Assembly: GCA_964016885.1 (NCBI GenBank)
Contig: OZ024748.1
Location: 52,762,001 to 52,826,000 of the forward strand
Direction of reading: 5' to 3'
Origin: Eledone cirrhosa
Taxonomy: Eukaryota
Length of the DNA stretch: 64,000 nucleotides
The position numbers and the translations under genes were made by a program. How positions within the stretch are numbered: position 1 is the first letter of the stretch; each line of letters opens with the position of its first letter. Of the stretch, positions 41,013-57,394 are shown piece by piece. The notes under the pieces are model-generated. The model had not been told where the DNA came from. It searched no databases and saw only the letters and a list, made by a program, of their open reading frames with translations.

Positions 41013-41082
<70 letters not shown>

Positions 41083-41177
41083 TATATATAATATATATAT
41101 ATATATAATATATATATATATAATATATATATATATATATAATATATATATATATAATATATATATATATATAATAT

Positions 41178-41273
<96 letters not shown>

Positions 41274-41815
41274 AATATATATATATAGTGGGAGAAAGAC
41301 AGAAAGAAAGAATGATCTATAAGATTCGCAAATATATATGTGCGTGTGTTTGTGAGTGAGCATGCGTGTGTATGTGTGTGCATGTGTGAGTGTGTGTTTG
41401 TGCATATATATGTGTACGTGTAGCTTTAGCTATTTAACAAATAACCTTTTTGTGTAGGTCAAGAGACAAATTGATTGAATTTTTACTTATGTGCATCTGT
41501 AAGGCTAGGAAAAAAAATGTAAAGCTCAAATTGACTCATCATGTTAAATGAATAAATAGGTTTGACAATACAATTGGAATTGGAGAAGAGATTAACAAAA
41601 GGCGAAAATAAAATAAAATGTGAGTAAAAATAACTACAAATGCACCTCAGAAAGTGGATAAAAATTGAAGACGAAACCTTATCTCTCGTTTTTCTGCAAA
41701 AAAAAAATTCATAATAATGGCCACACTTTTAGTATTTGATGTGATTCAGTCAAATTTAACCCCAAGATTACAAAAAGCCGCTAAAGTAAAATATATATAT
41801 ATATATATGTGTGTA

Positions 41816-42070
<255 letters not shown>

Positions 42071-42315
42071 GTATATATATATATATGAGTGTGTATATAT
42101 ATATATGTGTATATATATATATATGAGTGTGTATATATATATATATGTGTGTGTGCGTGTACATGCAAAAAAAGCAAAACAAAACAACGATGAAATCAGA
42201 AAAGATACTATGAACGAATAAAAAAAAAAATTATATATATAAAATCAATCTATAAAAAATAGGTAGAATTAAGATAAGAAAAAGACTCATTTGACAAGAT
42301 CCATTTGATATATAC

Positions 42316-42352
<37 letters not shown>

Positions 42353-42417
42353 AATACATAAATATACATGCACACTTGTACACATATGTACATATAGCTA
42401 CATCCATATTTATGCAT

Positions 42418-42457
<40 letters not shown>

Positions 42458-42618
42458 TTATAAATGCACACATATATATGTACATATGGGAGCCTATGTA
42501 TATATATATATATATATATGTATATATGTGTGTATGTATTGGTGCCTTTATATATATTAATATATATATACATTTATAAATGCACACATATATATATATA
42601 CATGTTGGTGCCTATGTA

Positions 42619-42678
<60 letters not shown>

Positions 42679-42836
42679 CATATGTGTGTATGTGTTTGTG
42701 TCATATATATATATATATGTAGATATACACACACACATATACAAGAGTTCCTATATATATATGTATATATATATATATACACACACATACAAGAGTTCCT
42801 ATATATATATGTATATATATATATATAGAGATATAC

Positions 42837-42895
<59 letters not shown>

Positions 42896-43654
42896 TATAC
42901 CAAAGTTCCTATATATATATATGTATAACAATGAACAATGGACAAAAGAGTAGACAACTGTCACTAGAAAAGATATAAAAAACCACAAGTTGAACCAATG
43001 ATTGTTGTTCATATGACTATGCAATTAAATTGACAGGTAAAATCCCCCCCCCCTACCTCACCCTTATATGTGTATCTCTTCCAATAACCATCTAGAGCAT
43101 TTTTTTTACATATATTTTTTAGAAATGTTTTATGTTTCCTTTTGTTATTAATTTCTATATACTTCATCTTATTTTTTTATGTGATTCTATGTCTGATTTT
43201 TTGGGGTGTCTTCGTTGTCTTTTAATTTACAATTTTTTTTTGTCATCTTATTTTCATTTTTTTTACATTTTTTTAAATTTTATTTTATATATTTTTTTTA
43301 ATTTATTTATTATATTTTTTTTTTTCCAGAGTGATGTTGAAGAAATCATCTAATTAAGTGGTCTGTCAATAAAAATAATGAACCAATCAACATAGCTGCA
43401 AATAGAAAAAGACATCTAATGTGTGTGCATAATTTTTACATAAGTGTGTGACTAGGCACAGACGAAGACAGGCATATATATATATACATGTATATATACA
43501 TGTGTATATATATACACAGACACACATATACATATATATACATATATATATATATATACATATATATGCTTGGTCACCATCATCAGCATTTTAAATCCGT
43601 TTTTCATTCCTGGCTTTATATATATGGGAATATATATATATATAAATATATAAA

Positions 43655-43703
<49 letters not shown>

Positions 43704-44702
43704 TCATCACACACATATCAACATATACGCACATAACCTTGAATGCACATACACAGAGACACATTGAGAAATGCATACACATTCACTTTTATCTATCAAT
43801 CTCACTCCTTCACTTTCTCCTTGTGTGTGTGTGTGTGGGTGTGTGTGTAATTGTCGTTTCTATATATATATGTGGTGTATACAGTTATGTATAGATACAT
43901 GCTATTTTATATGCTTATATGCACATATATATATATACATACATATGCACATATATATATATAGATGTGCACATATATATATATACATACATATGCATAT
44001 ATATATATATACATACATGTGCACATATATATATACATACATATGCATATATATATATACATACATGTGCACATATATATATACATACATATGCATATAT
44101 ATATACATACATATGCATATATATATATATACATACATATATACACATGTGTGTATAAGTGTGTGTTCACTGACACACACACTCATATATACACACACAC
44201 ACACATACATATGATTGCTGTATGACTTTTTTTTTTTTCAGTATATATTTTCTTACTTTTTTTTATGACTTAAAATGAATCATTTGAGTCATTCATTTAA
44301 ACTGAAAGCCTACCCCAACTTCTATCACAACCTCAGCCTCTGCCACCATGCTTTTCCCTACCCTTGCTCCATGAAAAGTGAAAAAAAAAGAAAAAAAATT
44401 GATAAATGTACTAAAAAATCCTGAAGAAGTCTAAATAAAGTACGGCCATTTTTTATAATTTTTCCTTCTCCTTTTCATGAAGGTAGAAAAGGAAAGGAAA
44501 GTTACCATTTAATGTGATTTTCAATACTGTAAGGAAAACAGAGACAGACAGAAGTTAAAGAAAGAAAATGACATATACATGTGCACACATGTAAATGCAT
44601 GTACACACATTTACACAAACACACATACATGTTTGGGTTCAAAGATAAATACAGATACATACACACAATTTTTCTCTTATATATATATATATTCACATAC
44701 AT

Positions 44703-44739
<37 letters not shown>

Positions 44740-45161
44740 CATATATATATACTTATATATTATATATATTTGTACATTTTATATAAAATAATATTAGCTT
44801 ATGTTTGCAGATCTTGAAGTATTTGCATATAAACATATACATACATTTAGAAATATGCTGCTACAAACATACTCCAGCATGCATATATACCCACATACAC
44901 ATTACACATACTCACACATACATACATCAATACCAACAAACGTGTTGTCATTCATAATAGATCATAATACACATTTATATATATACACATGAACCCACAG
45001 CCATCCTCAGTGAATCACATACATACAGACACACTATGCACAGGTCTACATATATAGACATGCGTACAAGACAACACATAAACGTACACAACTTGTTATG
45101 CATTTCAACATATACACACGCAAACATAGAATTTTCAATATGCAAATCTACATATTTAGTG

Positions 45162-45194
<33 letters not shown>

Positions 45195-45540
45195 AAGGCG
45201 CATGGCTTAGTGGTTAGAGCATTGGGCTTGCAATCGAAAGGTTGTGAGTTCAATTCTCAGACCGGGTGATGTGTTGTTTCCTTGAGCAAGACACTTTATT
45301 TCACATTGCTCCAGTTTACTCAGCTGTAGAAATGAGATGATAGGGTCTGAGGTCCATATCATTCCACTGTAAAGTGGTCGTGTAGGTGCCACGGCAAAAA
45401 AGCACCCAGCACTCACTGTAAATGAGGTTGGTGTTAGGAAGGGCATCCAGCTGTAGAGATCAAGCCAGAATCAGTTCCCGTCCCACCCTTGCAAGCAGGG
45501 AAAAGTGGACGTAAAATGATGATGATGATGATGATGATGA
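45195..45540 (+). mobile_element. SINE family B, full length
   Basis: Near-identical to the 23909 copy; its tail expands into a (GAT)n array reaching about 45905. Confidence 0.9.
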
Positions 45541-47064
45541 TGGTAGGGATGATGATGATGATAGTGGTGATGATAATGTTGGTGGGGATGATGGTAATGA
45601 TCATAATGATGGCGATGATGATGGTAATGATGGTAATGATAGTGGTGATGATGATGATGATGATGATGGTAATGATAGTGGTGATGATGGTGATGGTGGT
45701 GGTGATGATGATAGTGGTGATGATGATGATGATGATGATGGTGTTGATTATGATGATTGTGATAGTTATGATGATGATGATGGTTATGATAATGATGATG
45801 ATGATGGTGATGATGATGGTGATGATGGTGATGGTTATGGTGATGATGATGGTTATGATGATGATGGTTATGATGGTGATGATGATGGTGATGATGGTGA
45901 TGGTGATGTTTACTTATTTGTGGTTAAATTTTTTAGTATTATTATTATCAATGCACAATCATGTATTTTTGTTAACTTTTTTATTATCACCACCACCATC
46001 ATCATCATCATTACAACCATCATCACCATCATCATTACAATTACCACCATCATCATTGCAACCATCATCATTACAATTACCATCATCATCATTACAACCA
46101 TCATCACCATCATTACAACCATCACCATCATCATTACAACCATCATCACCATCATTACAACCATCACCATCATCATTACAACCATCATCATCATCATCAT
46201 CATTACAATTACCATCATCATCATCATTACAATTACCATCATCATCATCATTACAATTACCATCATCATCATCATTACAATTACCATCATCATCATCACA
46301 ATTATCTCCATCACCACCATCATCATCATTACAATTACCATCATCATCATCATTACAATTATCACCATCACCACCATTATCATCATCATTACAATTATCA
46401 TCCTCATCATCAACATCATCAACATCAACATCATCATCGTCAATATTATTGCTTTTTTATTTTTTTTTTATTTATTTCATTTTTTTTTTTTTTTTGTATT
46501 TCTGTGTCTGTGTGTTTTGTTTTGTTTTGTTAAGTTTTGGTAAATTCTTCCAGCAGTTTTATGTCTAAATATTAGGTGTCTTCAATAGTTGTAATGTAAA
46601 TATCAATAAGAACTTGGTACGGCCATTCCCAGCAGACATTTTATAGGATTCATCAAAGTTCTTTGTTGTAAAACAAACCACCAAGTGTTGGGCTATTGCT
46701 TTATAAAAACCTCAAATCATTTATGCTCAGTGTATCTAAGCATATATATATATAAACCCATGCAATCGTGGAAGATGGATGTTAAACGATGATGATGATG
46801 ATGATATATATATATTTGTATGTGTTTGTGTGTGTATACATATGTTTATATATATATATATATATAGTAATAATAATAAATTTGAAGACTAAAATCCAAA
46901 GAGTGCTCGATAAGGATAAATATATATCAAATCTATGAGAACTGTAGAGTTAAATAAATATATATATTCATATGTGAGTGTGTGTATACATGTGTTTATA
47001 TATATATATGTATGTAAATGTTCGTATATGTGTGTGTATACATATGTTTATATATATATATATA

Positions 47065-47113
<49 letters not shown>

Positions 47114-47154
47114 ATGTGTGTGTGTATACATATGTTTATCATATGTTTATCATA

Positions 47155-47197
<43 letters not shown>

Positions 47198-48207
47198 ATG
47201 TGTGTGTATACATATGTTTATATATATATGTGTATGTGTGTATATATATATATATATATACAAATGACAATGATGATAATGACATATTTATATATATATA
47301 TATATATATGTATGTATATATATATGCATTACAGTGTTTTGTTCCACCACTTTTATGTTTAAGTGTGTGAGTATATGTATGTATATATATAAATATGTTT
47401 CAATGAATATATATATGTGTATAGATATATATACACTCATATATATGTGTGTCTGTGAATATATCTATATGCAAGTGAATAAAAGAATGAATTATGTATG
47501 TTTGATTGCACATAATTGTATACACTCATAAAAAATATACATAGAGGGGGTAAACTATAAAATGTCAAATATATGTATATATATGTGTATGTATGAGTGT
47601 GTGTATGTATGTATGTATGTGTGTGTATGTATGTATGTAAATATATATATATGTATATATATATATGCATTTATGTATGTACATGCATGTATGTGTGTGT
47701 GTATGCATATATGTGTGTGTGTGTATGCATATATGTGTGTATGTATGGATGCATATATATTTATGTGTGTATGTATGGATGCATGCATGCCATGTGCGTA
47801 TACAAATATATGTATGCATATATGTATGTGTGTATGTATTTATGTATGTATAAATGGAATACACTGAACGCCGTTATGTATGTTTTATCTCCTTTTATGC
47901 ACACTGTCTATATATGTATGTGTGTGTTTCTGTATGTATGTGTGTGTGTGTTTCTGTATGTGTGTGTGTGTGAGTGTTTCATTAAATACACAACTGTATT
48001 TCTTATTAATCAGAGAAATCTCTTCATCTGCCATACACCAAAAGATGCATTTATATATATTTGTTAGTTTCTACTAGTATATATATATATATATATATAT
48101 TCATATACATATACACAAACACACACACACATGTATAAATTTGTTGGTTCTACTAGTAAATTAATAGAATTTATATATATATATATATATTGGATTTATA
48201 GATATAT

Positions 48208-48297
<90 letters not shown>

Positions 48298-48436
48298 GTA
48301 TCTATAAATCCAATAATCGTCTTTGTGTTTCAAGGACCATTTAGATACAATTCAAACTAGGTCTATAGAACATGATTCTGCTGCGATCATGTTAATATTG
48401 CATTTGTTTGTTATATCGACTACAAATACAAATATA

Positions 48437-48485
<49 letters not shown>

Positions 48486-48727
48486 CACCGTCAAATAGGC
48501 TCAAGGCTTTAGAAACATTGCAAAAACCGAAAAATATATATTGGATTTTAAATCTCATTTCTTTATTTTATTTGAATTTTTTTTATTTTGTTTTTTTTTA
48601 CATTTTTTTCTCCATATTATCAAGTAGCATAGCAACAGAAAAAACCCCAAGAACCTTAAAAAGAGTGAGTGACGGAGGGAGCCAGAGAAAATGATTTGAG
48701 AAGTAGAGAGAGGGAAAGTGAAAGGGG

Positions 48728-48794
<67 letters not shown>

Positions 48795-49529
48795 AGAAAG
48801 AGAACACTTTAAAATAGAATATCAGAATTATAATATCTAGCCCATTAATAAGGAGTTCAATCATGTGTTTTTATCATTTTTTAAATGAAATATTTGTATA
48901 AGAAAAAGCTGCTACAAAATAATCTATTAAAAAAAAAACTCTCTCTGTTTTTCTTCCACTCCCTCTTTCTCTCTTTCTATATTATTTTCTTTCTCTTGTT
49001 TTCTCCCTTTCACACACTCTTTTCACTTTTTGTATTATCATGCTATTAACATGGGTGGGAAATTCGGATTAGGGTGGTACAAATTTGGATGCGTGTAAAT
49101 GCGTGAGTGTATATGTGTGTGTGAGAGCTTGCTGTATATGTATGGGGTGGAGTATATTCAGTGTAGAAACTAAGCAACTAATAGGTTCATGATAGAGTTT
49201 TAAAAAAAGCAATCGATAAGTGTATGATATAAAGCTAGTGACCTTATACAAAGGCACAGCAACTCATATGGACTAGCAGGAAAATATGAATGATTTCTTG
49301 TCCTGGGCCGTGGCATTGTGGTGTCTCAAGGGACAACAAATTCTTGGCTAAACTGGATTGTTTCCCTTAGATTTTACAGAAGTCAAACAAAGGAGGGGGG
49401 GAAGAATCAGTAAAAAGATTTGGAAGAGATTCTGTAATTATTCTTAGATCAAGAAAAAGGTGGAAGGTCCTAAAACAGTTGATGTTGTGTTTAGATAATT
49501 ACTAGAATTGTTGATATTATGAAGATTGG

Positions 49530-49770
49530 TAAAGACATGTGGCTTAGTGGTTAAAGAATTGGATTTGTAATTGTGAGGTTGTGAGTTTGATTCTATGATT
49601 AGGCTATGTGTTATGTCCTTGAGCAAGACACTTTATCTTCCGTTGCTTTTTCTGCCTGGAGATTTGACCAATAGATAGTATCAACAATGGAAAGACCAAT
49701 GTAAACATTGTTTCTTGGTCTGATTTGAGTTCCACCGCCACCACTTGATCAGCAAAGGATGGGGGTCTGA
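49530..49770 (+). mobile_element. tRNA/CORE-like SINE variant (family C)
   Basis: tggcttagtggtta head and ccttgagcaagacacttta, then a different body (atagtatcaacaatggaaagaccaat) shared with 58030-58245. Confidence 0.75.
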
Positions 49771-51445
49771 GATCTGATTTGATCAATCGATTTGATCAAT
49801 CAACAAAGATTAGCCTCTTCTCAGCTGTTCATATGTTGAACATTTCTCATAGTTGGTAGAAACTGGAGAGGCTTCTACATATAATATTTTGTAATATTGT
49901 AGGAAAATAATGTTTAACCTTTATTTTCATTGCCATATTTATAATGAAATAAACTGCTTTTGAATAAATTAAAGCAGAATTTGAATGAATTTGCTAAAAT
50001 ACAAATGTTAATTTATAATGTTGTTTCAATTCTCTACCGTCTACCCCTTAAGGTTGATATGTGCTTGATGTTAGGCAGCTTTAACCTACATTCTACCATA
50101 GTGAATTGTTGACGTTTTATGATGTGGTTTAGTTTGGAAGACCTGCATTATTCTTTTGATTTTTGTTGTATGTGCATTTAGACTTATTAATTTAGCTGGC
50201 TTGTTTATTATTAAATCCTTCAAATTTTATTTTATAAATGTAAAAACCTGTAAATATATTGATTACAATTCACATCTCAAACTGAAAGACTATGCCTTTA
50301 TCTTCGTCTTTCCAGTGACGTGTAGTTCAATTGTTTGCAAGTACCTCTGTCAACTTTCCCTCTTCTTGAAGAGTATTTTACTAATTTTAGTCAACTATTA
50401 TTCATAGAGATTGACTATAGTTATCATCATTTACATTGGGATGACTACATTTCACTTTTTCTCAATGTTTCTTACGTCAACCTGATGTTCACACATTTAG
50501 CTACAGGCTTAAAATCTTCTAAAAGATGGCAGTTAGGGGCTAGAGATCCGCTAAAATAATGTTTAACATACTTGCCCAGTATCCAAGAGTTAAGGGTTTT
50601 GATTCCTTGTAAGCACTTCTGTCCACATTTTTCCATCTTTAGGGATACTTTACACGATTTTCTCAACTATTACTTATAGTGATTATTATTATTTGGTGGA
50701 TTGGCACAGTATCAACAAAGCATCGGACAACATGCTTTGTGGCATATAGTTACGACCCTTCACATACCTTATCCTTTCCTCTGCCACATCTTGTATATGT
50801 ACCTCTACTAATTGTCTTCATATAGTTACACATACAATTACACACATACACACACATACACATAAACACACATACACACACACACACACTTACACATACA
50901 CACATACACACACACATACACATAAACACACACACACACACACACACTTACACATACACACATACACACACACATACTTACATACATAAACACACTTACA
51001 CACATAAACACACTTACACATACACACATACAATTACACACATACACACACACACACATAAACACACATACACACACACACACACACTTACACATACACA
51101 CATACACACACACATACTTACATACATAAACACACTTACACACATAAACACACTTACACATACACACATACAATTACACACATACACACACTTATGCATT
51201 TACATACACACAAACACACATACATTTACACACACACACAAACACATACATTTACACACACTTACACACAAACAGATACATTTACACATGCACACACACA
51301 AACACACATACATTTACACACATAAACTTATAGACATACACACAGATGCTCACATTGTCTTGTCCTTTCTTATCTCTATTCTTCTACATTCACATTTTTA
51401 TATTTCTAGGTATACTTCTATCTTTCTCTCCTCTTTCTCTCAATT

Positions 51446-51499
<54 letters not shown>

Positions 51500-51607
51500 A
51501 CAATCTACCTCTTTCTCCCTCTCTTTTTCTCTCACTTCTAACTCTCCCTTTCCATTGCTGTCTCTCTCCTTTACCTCTCTGTCTCTCCTTTCCCATTTCT
51601 CACTCTT

Positions 51608-51642
<35 letters not shown>

Positions 51643-51959
51643 ATCTACCTCTTTCTCTCTCTCTTTTTCTCTCACTTCTAACTCTCCCTTTCCATTGCTG
51701 TCTCTCTCCTTTACCTCTCTGTCTCTCCTTTCCCATTTCTCACTCTTTCTCTTACCTACTTTCTCTCTTCTCTCTTTTTCCTCTCCATCTATTTCTTTCC
51801 ATTCCTCACTTTGCCAGTTTTACTACAGCTTTCCCCTAGACCCTCCCACCACAACCACCAGCAGCACCACCACCGTCACCACTACATCACCACCACCACC
51901 ACCAGCACCACCACCACCACTCCAACCACCACAACTACCATCACCACCACACCCACCAC

Positions 51960-52498
51960 CAGCCAGTCTTCAGTCCCTACCACCACTACCACCAACAACA
52001 CACCCCCCAGCACTAACACACCCACCACCACCAGCCAGTCTTCAGTCCCTACCACTACTACTACCACCACTACCACCAACACCACCACACCCACCACCAC
52101 CACCAGCCTTCAGTCCCTACCACTACCACCACCACCACCAGCCAGTCTTCAGTCCCTACCACTACCACCACCACCACCAGCCAGTCTTCAGTCCCTACCA
52201 CCACCACCACCACCACCAGCCAGGCTTCAGTCCCTACCACTACCACCACCACCACCACCAGCCAGTCTTCAGTCCCTACCACCACCACCACCACCACCAC
52301 CACCACCCAGTCTTCAGTCCCTACCACCACCACCACCACCACCCAGTCTTCAGTCCCTACCACCACCACCACCACCAGCCAGTCTTCAGTCCCTACCACT
52401 ACCATCACCACCACCACCACCACCAGCCAGTCTTCAGTCCCTACCACTACCATCACCACCACCACCACCACCACCACCCAGTCTTCAGTCCCTACCAC
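51960..52498. repeat. Minisatellite ccagccagtcttcagtccctac(cac)n
   Basis: About 13 units of a fixed core separated by variable (CCA)n. Confidence 0.9.
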
Positions 52499-53869
52499 TT
52501 TTGTCCCCTAGTTACCTTTGATTTATAAATGTAAATGTCATTTGAACTTGGCTGATCAGAATAACAATAACATTAGCTGTAGATATTGTTGGAGTTGGGA
52601 AAGATAGCATAATATGAAGACAACAACAACAACAACAACACAGGCCATTATGATGGGGATGCATCATCACCACCACCACCACCAACACCATCACCACCAC
52701 CACCACCAACACCATCATCATCATTATCATCATCATTACCACCACCACCACTGCCACCGCCACCACCTCCTCAACAACAACAACAACACAAGCCATTATG
52801 ATGGTGATGCATCCACAACCATTGTCAGCACCACCACCATCATCATCTCCCCTCAACAACAACAACAAAGACTATGATGATGATGATGATTACAACTTTC
52901 CCTTAGAGAATGAAAAAACAAAAACAAACTACTACTACAACTACAACTACAATAACTACTACAACTACAACAACTACTACTACACCAACTACAACAACTA
53001 CTACAACAACAACTACAACTATAACAACTACTACAACAGCAACAAAGCAGGCCCTGGTTACTTTAAAAATGATAGTATCATCATCATTATCATCATTATG
53101 AATGGAAAACAACAGTAACAACATGAACATCAATAAACGACATCAATAAGACCATCAAAATACCTACCCGATCCCCTCCCTTACTAATACCACCACCGCC
53201 CCCACCACTAACAAGGACATACAACAACAACAATGACCACAATAACAACATTAACAATAACAAAGTAACTGAACAATAAAGGTGATATCAACAACTGGGA
53301 AAAGACCCTTAAATGGTCATTCAACTTGCTAGAAATAGCAACCAGCTCCCCTTCAAATCACTCTCTACCAAGGTTGGAATTCCACCTGCTGAGGCCCTCC
53401 CTAACTCATGAAATTTGAGGCACTTCTCTAAAAACAATTTGGTAAAAAAAAAAATTAAATAATTAAACATGATTAGCAGAAAACCACCCTTGGGATGGTT
53501 TTCTGCTACCATGTGTAGTGTGTATATTGATATTATACGCAGGTATATATACATGTAGATATGATACATCAAATAAAATCGTAATTGACAATATATAATA
53601 CATAGAAATTGAACAAAGACTACATTACACTGTCTTATGTAATCAGTAACGTAATCCATGATACATTAAAAAAAAATATTATATATAAACTGCATTAGGA
53701 GAAAATTAGTGACAGAAAATGAATATGTTTATTTAAGCGATCGCCAACCGGAAGTGTTGACATTTCAGAAATGTTAAAGAAGTGAATCTTTAAATAAACA
53801 AAATATATTTAATCAACAGCCATTTAGTAGAGATTTAGTAGATAAATTATGTAATATTCATTCATTATT

Positions 53870-54045
53870 TATTCCGGTAGCGGGTCGAATGCCATGCTTT
53901 AACTCATAGAGTTACGACCCTTGCCATTCTGAGTTCAAATCCCGCCAAAGTTAACTTTCCCTTTCATCCTTACGGGATGGATAAAATAAAGTACCAGTAA
54001 TGCACTGGTTGGTTGCTGGCCTTGTGCCAAAAGTAGAAACAATTA
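53870..54045 (+). mobile_element. SINE family A
   Basis: B box and family A body. Confidence 0.85.
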
Positions 54046-54289
54046 TTTATTCAAAGTAATCCAACTTATGTTACTAAAGGGATAACAAATTATAAACCGT
54101 ACGCAGTCCCGCAGACCTTCCTTTATTATATTTTAGATTATTATTTATTATCTTCATGAAAATGTGCATTCTGGTCAGCTGGGTTCGAATTTTAACTATA
54201 CAAATTTAGTTGGTCATTGGGTGAATGAAAAACGACCAAAGCTATGTCCATTCTATTCCACTTGCTTTGTCTCTTAATTATATATACAT

Positions 54290-54625
54290 ATGGCTTAGTG
54301 GTTAGAGCATTGGCCTTGCAATCGAAAGGTTGTGAGTTCAATTCTCAGACAGCGTGATGTGTTGTTTCCTTGAGCAAGACACTTTATTTCACATTGCTCC
54401 AGTTTACTCAGCTGTAGAAATGAGATGATAGGGACTGCGGTCCCTATCATTCCACTCTAAAGTGGACGTGTAGGCGCCACAGCAAAGAAGCACCCAGCAC
54501 TCACTGTAAATGAGGTTGGTGTTAGGAAGGGCAACCAGCTGTAGAAATCAAGCCAGAATCAGTTGCCATCCCACCCTTGCAAGCACGGAAAAGCGGATGT
54601 AAAATGATGATGATGATGATGATGA
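54290..54625 (+). mobile_element. SINE family B
   Basis: Full head, CORE-like domain and tail. Confidence 0.9.
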
Positions 54626-54750
54626 TATATTTTTTCAATGTGGTCTACCCTTCATGGTAGGGTCCATACCATAGATAGAACTCGAGTAATCTATAGAAAG
54701 GTTCTGTGTTCCGCTGGGTTAATTTCTTAGATACAGAGTCTGATATGAGA

Positions 54751-55112
54751 TATTAAATTAACAATTGAAAATAATAACAACAAAGTCAAGTTATTTTACC
54801 GACTCATATCATTGTTTAACGATTGTTTCGAAGGGTTGATCATATTGACAGATCTATAGCAGTTATATAACTGTATAGTATCAGACTTCATATATAGGTT
54901 CGATTCAAAGCTCATATATAGGTTCAATCAGACTCTCTTCGTCCGAAGAAGACAGTCTGATTCAACTTATATATCCAGTCTGATAGTATACAGTAATATA
55001 ACTGCTATAGATCTGTCAATATGATCAACCATCTGAAACGCTCATAAAACAATGATATGAATAGGTAAAATAATTTGACTTTGTTGTTATTATTTTCATT
55101 GTTAAATTAATA
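54751..55112. repeat. Long imperfect palindrome (arms about 170-190 bp)
   Basis: Arms pair from tattaaattaacaat...gatcatattgacagatctatagcagttata to the centre tcttcg-tc-cgaaga. Confidence 0.85.
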
Positions 55113-57359
55113 CCTAATATATATATATATATATAAGTTTTGATGATTTAGTGTTAAAAATAAAACCTAATGATAAAATAAAAATATATTTTAAAAATGA
55201 GGCCCCTGGGGCTTTGTTGCCCAAAGCTATAGCTTCTTTAGCTTATAGGTAAATTATTTCTCATCAAGTTGGTGTTTGGAACATAGCTTAACAAAGAGTT
55301 CTTACAGAAAATTCTAATGAAAACTTTCAACTTAAATCTAGATGCTTTAAAATAAATTTGCTTTCTTAAAACAAAGAACAGTTTCAGGTGGGTTGGTATC
55401 AAAAGAATTAATAAACTAACATTTAGTACATGTGTTTCTAATCCAATCCAGGGCCTTCACACGTTTGTTGGAGGAACCCTTCCCTGGTTGACCTCCACTG
55501 CTTTCTAATTTGGTTTTGGTCATGTCAGAGGTTTAGCTGTACTCACCACATTTGGCTAATTGTGTGTTGGTGAGGCTATTTAACCCATGGTTGGAGTGGA
55601 TAGTTGTCAACTCCGAGGAGTTGATGCACCTTTTAACAACTCTTGTTTTGGTTTTGTGTTTTTGTTGCAAGGTTTCTACGTACCCTCCTCACCAGATCAG
55701 GGTCTGTTGAGGGAGTCAGTTTAGTCACTGACCACTTGACTATGAAGCAGGTTGTACTGGTTACAAAGAAGCCTGACCTGAGGAATTCATCTTGACTAAA
55801 CCAGACTAAGGTCTGGTGGGGGAGCTGGTTTAGTCACCAACCACTAGACCTGAAGCAGGTTGTACCGTGTTGCATGTTACCAGTAGCAGGCAGAAGCCTG
55901 ATTAGACTTTGATCATGGTCATGTCAGATGTGTTTATCAATGTCAAATGAGTGTTTTGATATCACTGTGGATTTATGTCCTGAGGTTGTCTTGAAGTGTT
56001 TTGTTAAATAAAGATCCTGTGATAATTCTCTGTCATTTATCTGCCATTGTGTTTCAAGGCTTTTGTGAATATTTGTGATTTTATTTTACCATCTTTGTTT
56101 AAGGTTTAACCTCTTAGAAAGAAAGAGGGTGAAAGAAACAGAGACTGGGAGAGATAAAAAAAAAAACAGACTAAGAGAGAGAGAGTGAGAGAAAGGGTAA
56201 GATAGAGATAGTGAGAAAGAGAGTGAGATAAACAGAGATTAAGAAAAGGAGATGTGAGAGAGAGCAAGAGAAAGAGAGCGAGATAAACTGAGATTAAGAT
56301 AAACTGAGAAAGAGAGAGAGGGAAAGAAAGAGAGAGAGAGCTCTTTCTGGTTTACATAGCAATTGTCCTGGAGTTTACAGCTTTTTATTGCTTCACATAT
56401 CTGTGTGTATTTATACATGTATGTGAGTGTATATATATATACATACATTAAATTAGATTTCAAACTATTGTATCATCATCAACTGATTTATATACTGATT
56501 AAGTAGTGAAAGACAGGTTGTTTGTTTTATTCAACTTTGTCCATGTTTTATTTTTGTTATTGTCTTCGCTCACCCTACCCTCTCACCCTACCCCTCTCCT
56601 CCACCCTCCACCCTTCTTTCTTCATCTTCATCTCCACTCATCTAAATCTATCTATAGCCAAAAGGCAGCAATGTTAACTATTTTTCTTCCATTCTTCTTT
56701 CTATATTTCCTATGGTTTTTCTTTACTATCTCATCATCATTATTTCTTAACTTGCCTCATTAAAATCATTAGTAAACACATTAGCCACCATAAAACCAAA
56801 TTAGTTTTCATCATCACACGAAACTTAATTTTAAATTGTTTTATGTTCTTTTTATTTATTTATTTATTTATTTATTTATATATTTTTTTAATTCTTTGTT
56901 TTTTTTATTTGTATTTTAGAAAAAACTTGTTTTATTTATTTTTATTTTTTTTAAATTTATTTCTAAAAAAAATTGTTTTGTTTTTTTTGCATGTGTAAAA
57001 AAAATGTTTTATTTATTTATTTATTTGTGTATTTGCTGATTTTTTTGTTTGTATGTTTATGTTTGCTTACTTGTTGTTTCGCACCAAGCATCATATGAGC
57101 TGTAACTCAATGCAATTGTGTGCATCAAGTTTGATTAAGCAGAAATGAATTAAAATTAAATGAGTAGAGAAATTATATAAAAACAAGATAAAACAACTAA
57201 AACAAGCATATACATACATACACACACATGTATATGTATATATTATACACATATATATATATACACAGTGTATATATATATATAACAGATATAATATAAA
57301 TAGAATATAAAAACTAAAGACAAGAAAACAGAAACATATATATAAGTACATATATGTGT

Positions 57360-57394
<35 letters not shown>

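Noticed and set aside
41458-41498. Possible 41-nt plus-strand exon (tgtgtag|...|gtaagg)
   Set aside because: Too short to distinguish from chance.
51960-52498. CRISPR-like repeat-spacer pattern
   Set aside because: Spacers are only (CCA)n, the context is eukaryotic and there are no cas genes.
55775-55815. CTGAGGA...TAAAcc...ggTC
   Set aside because: G12 is missing, and helices I and II are unpaired.
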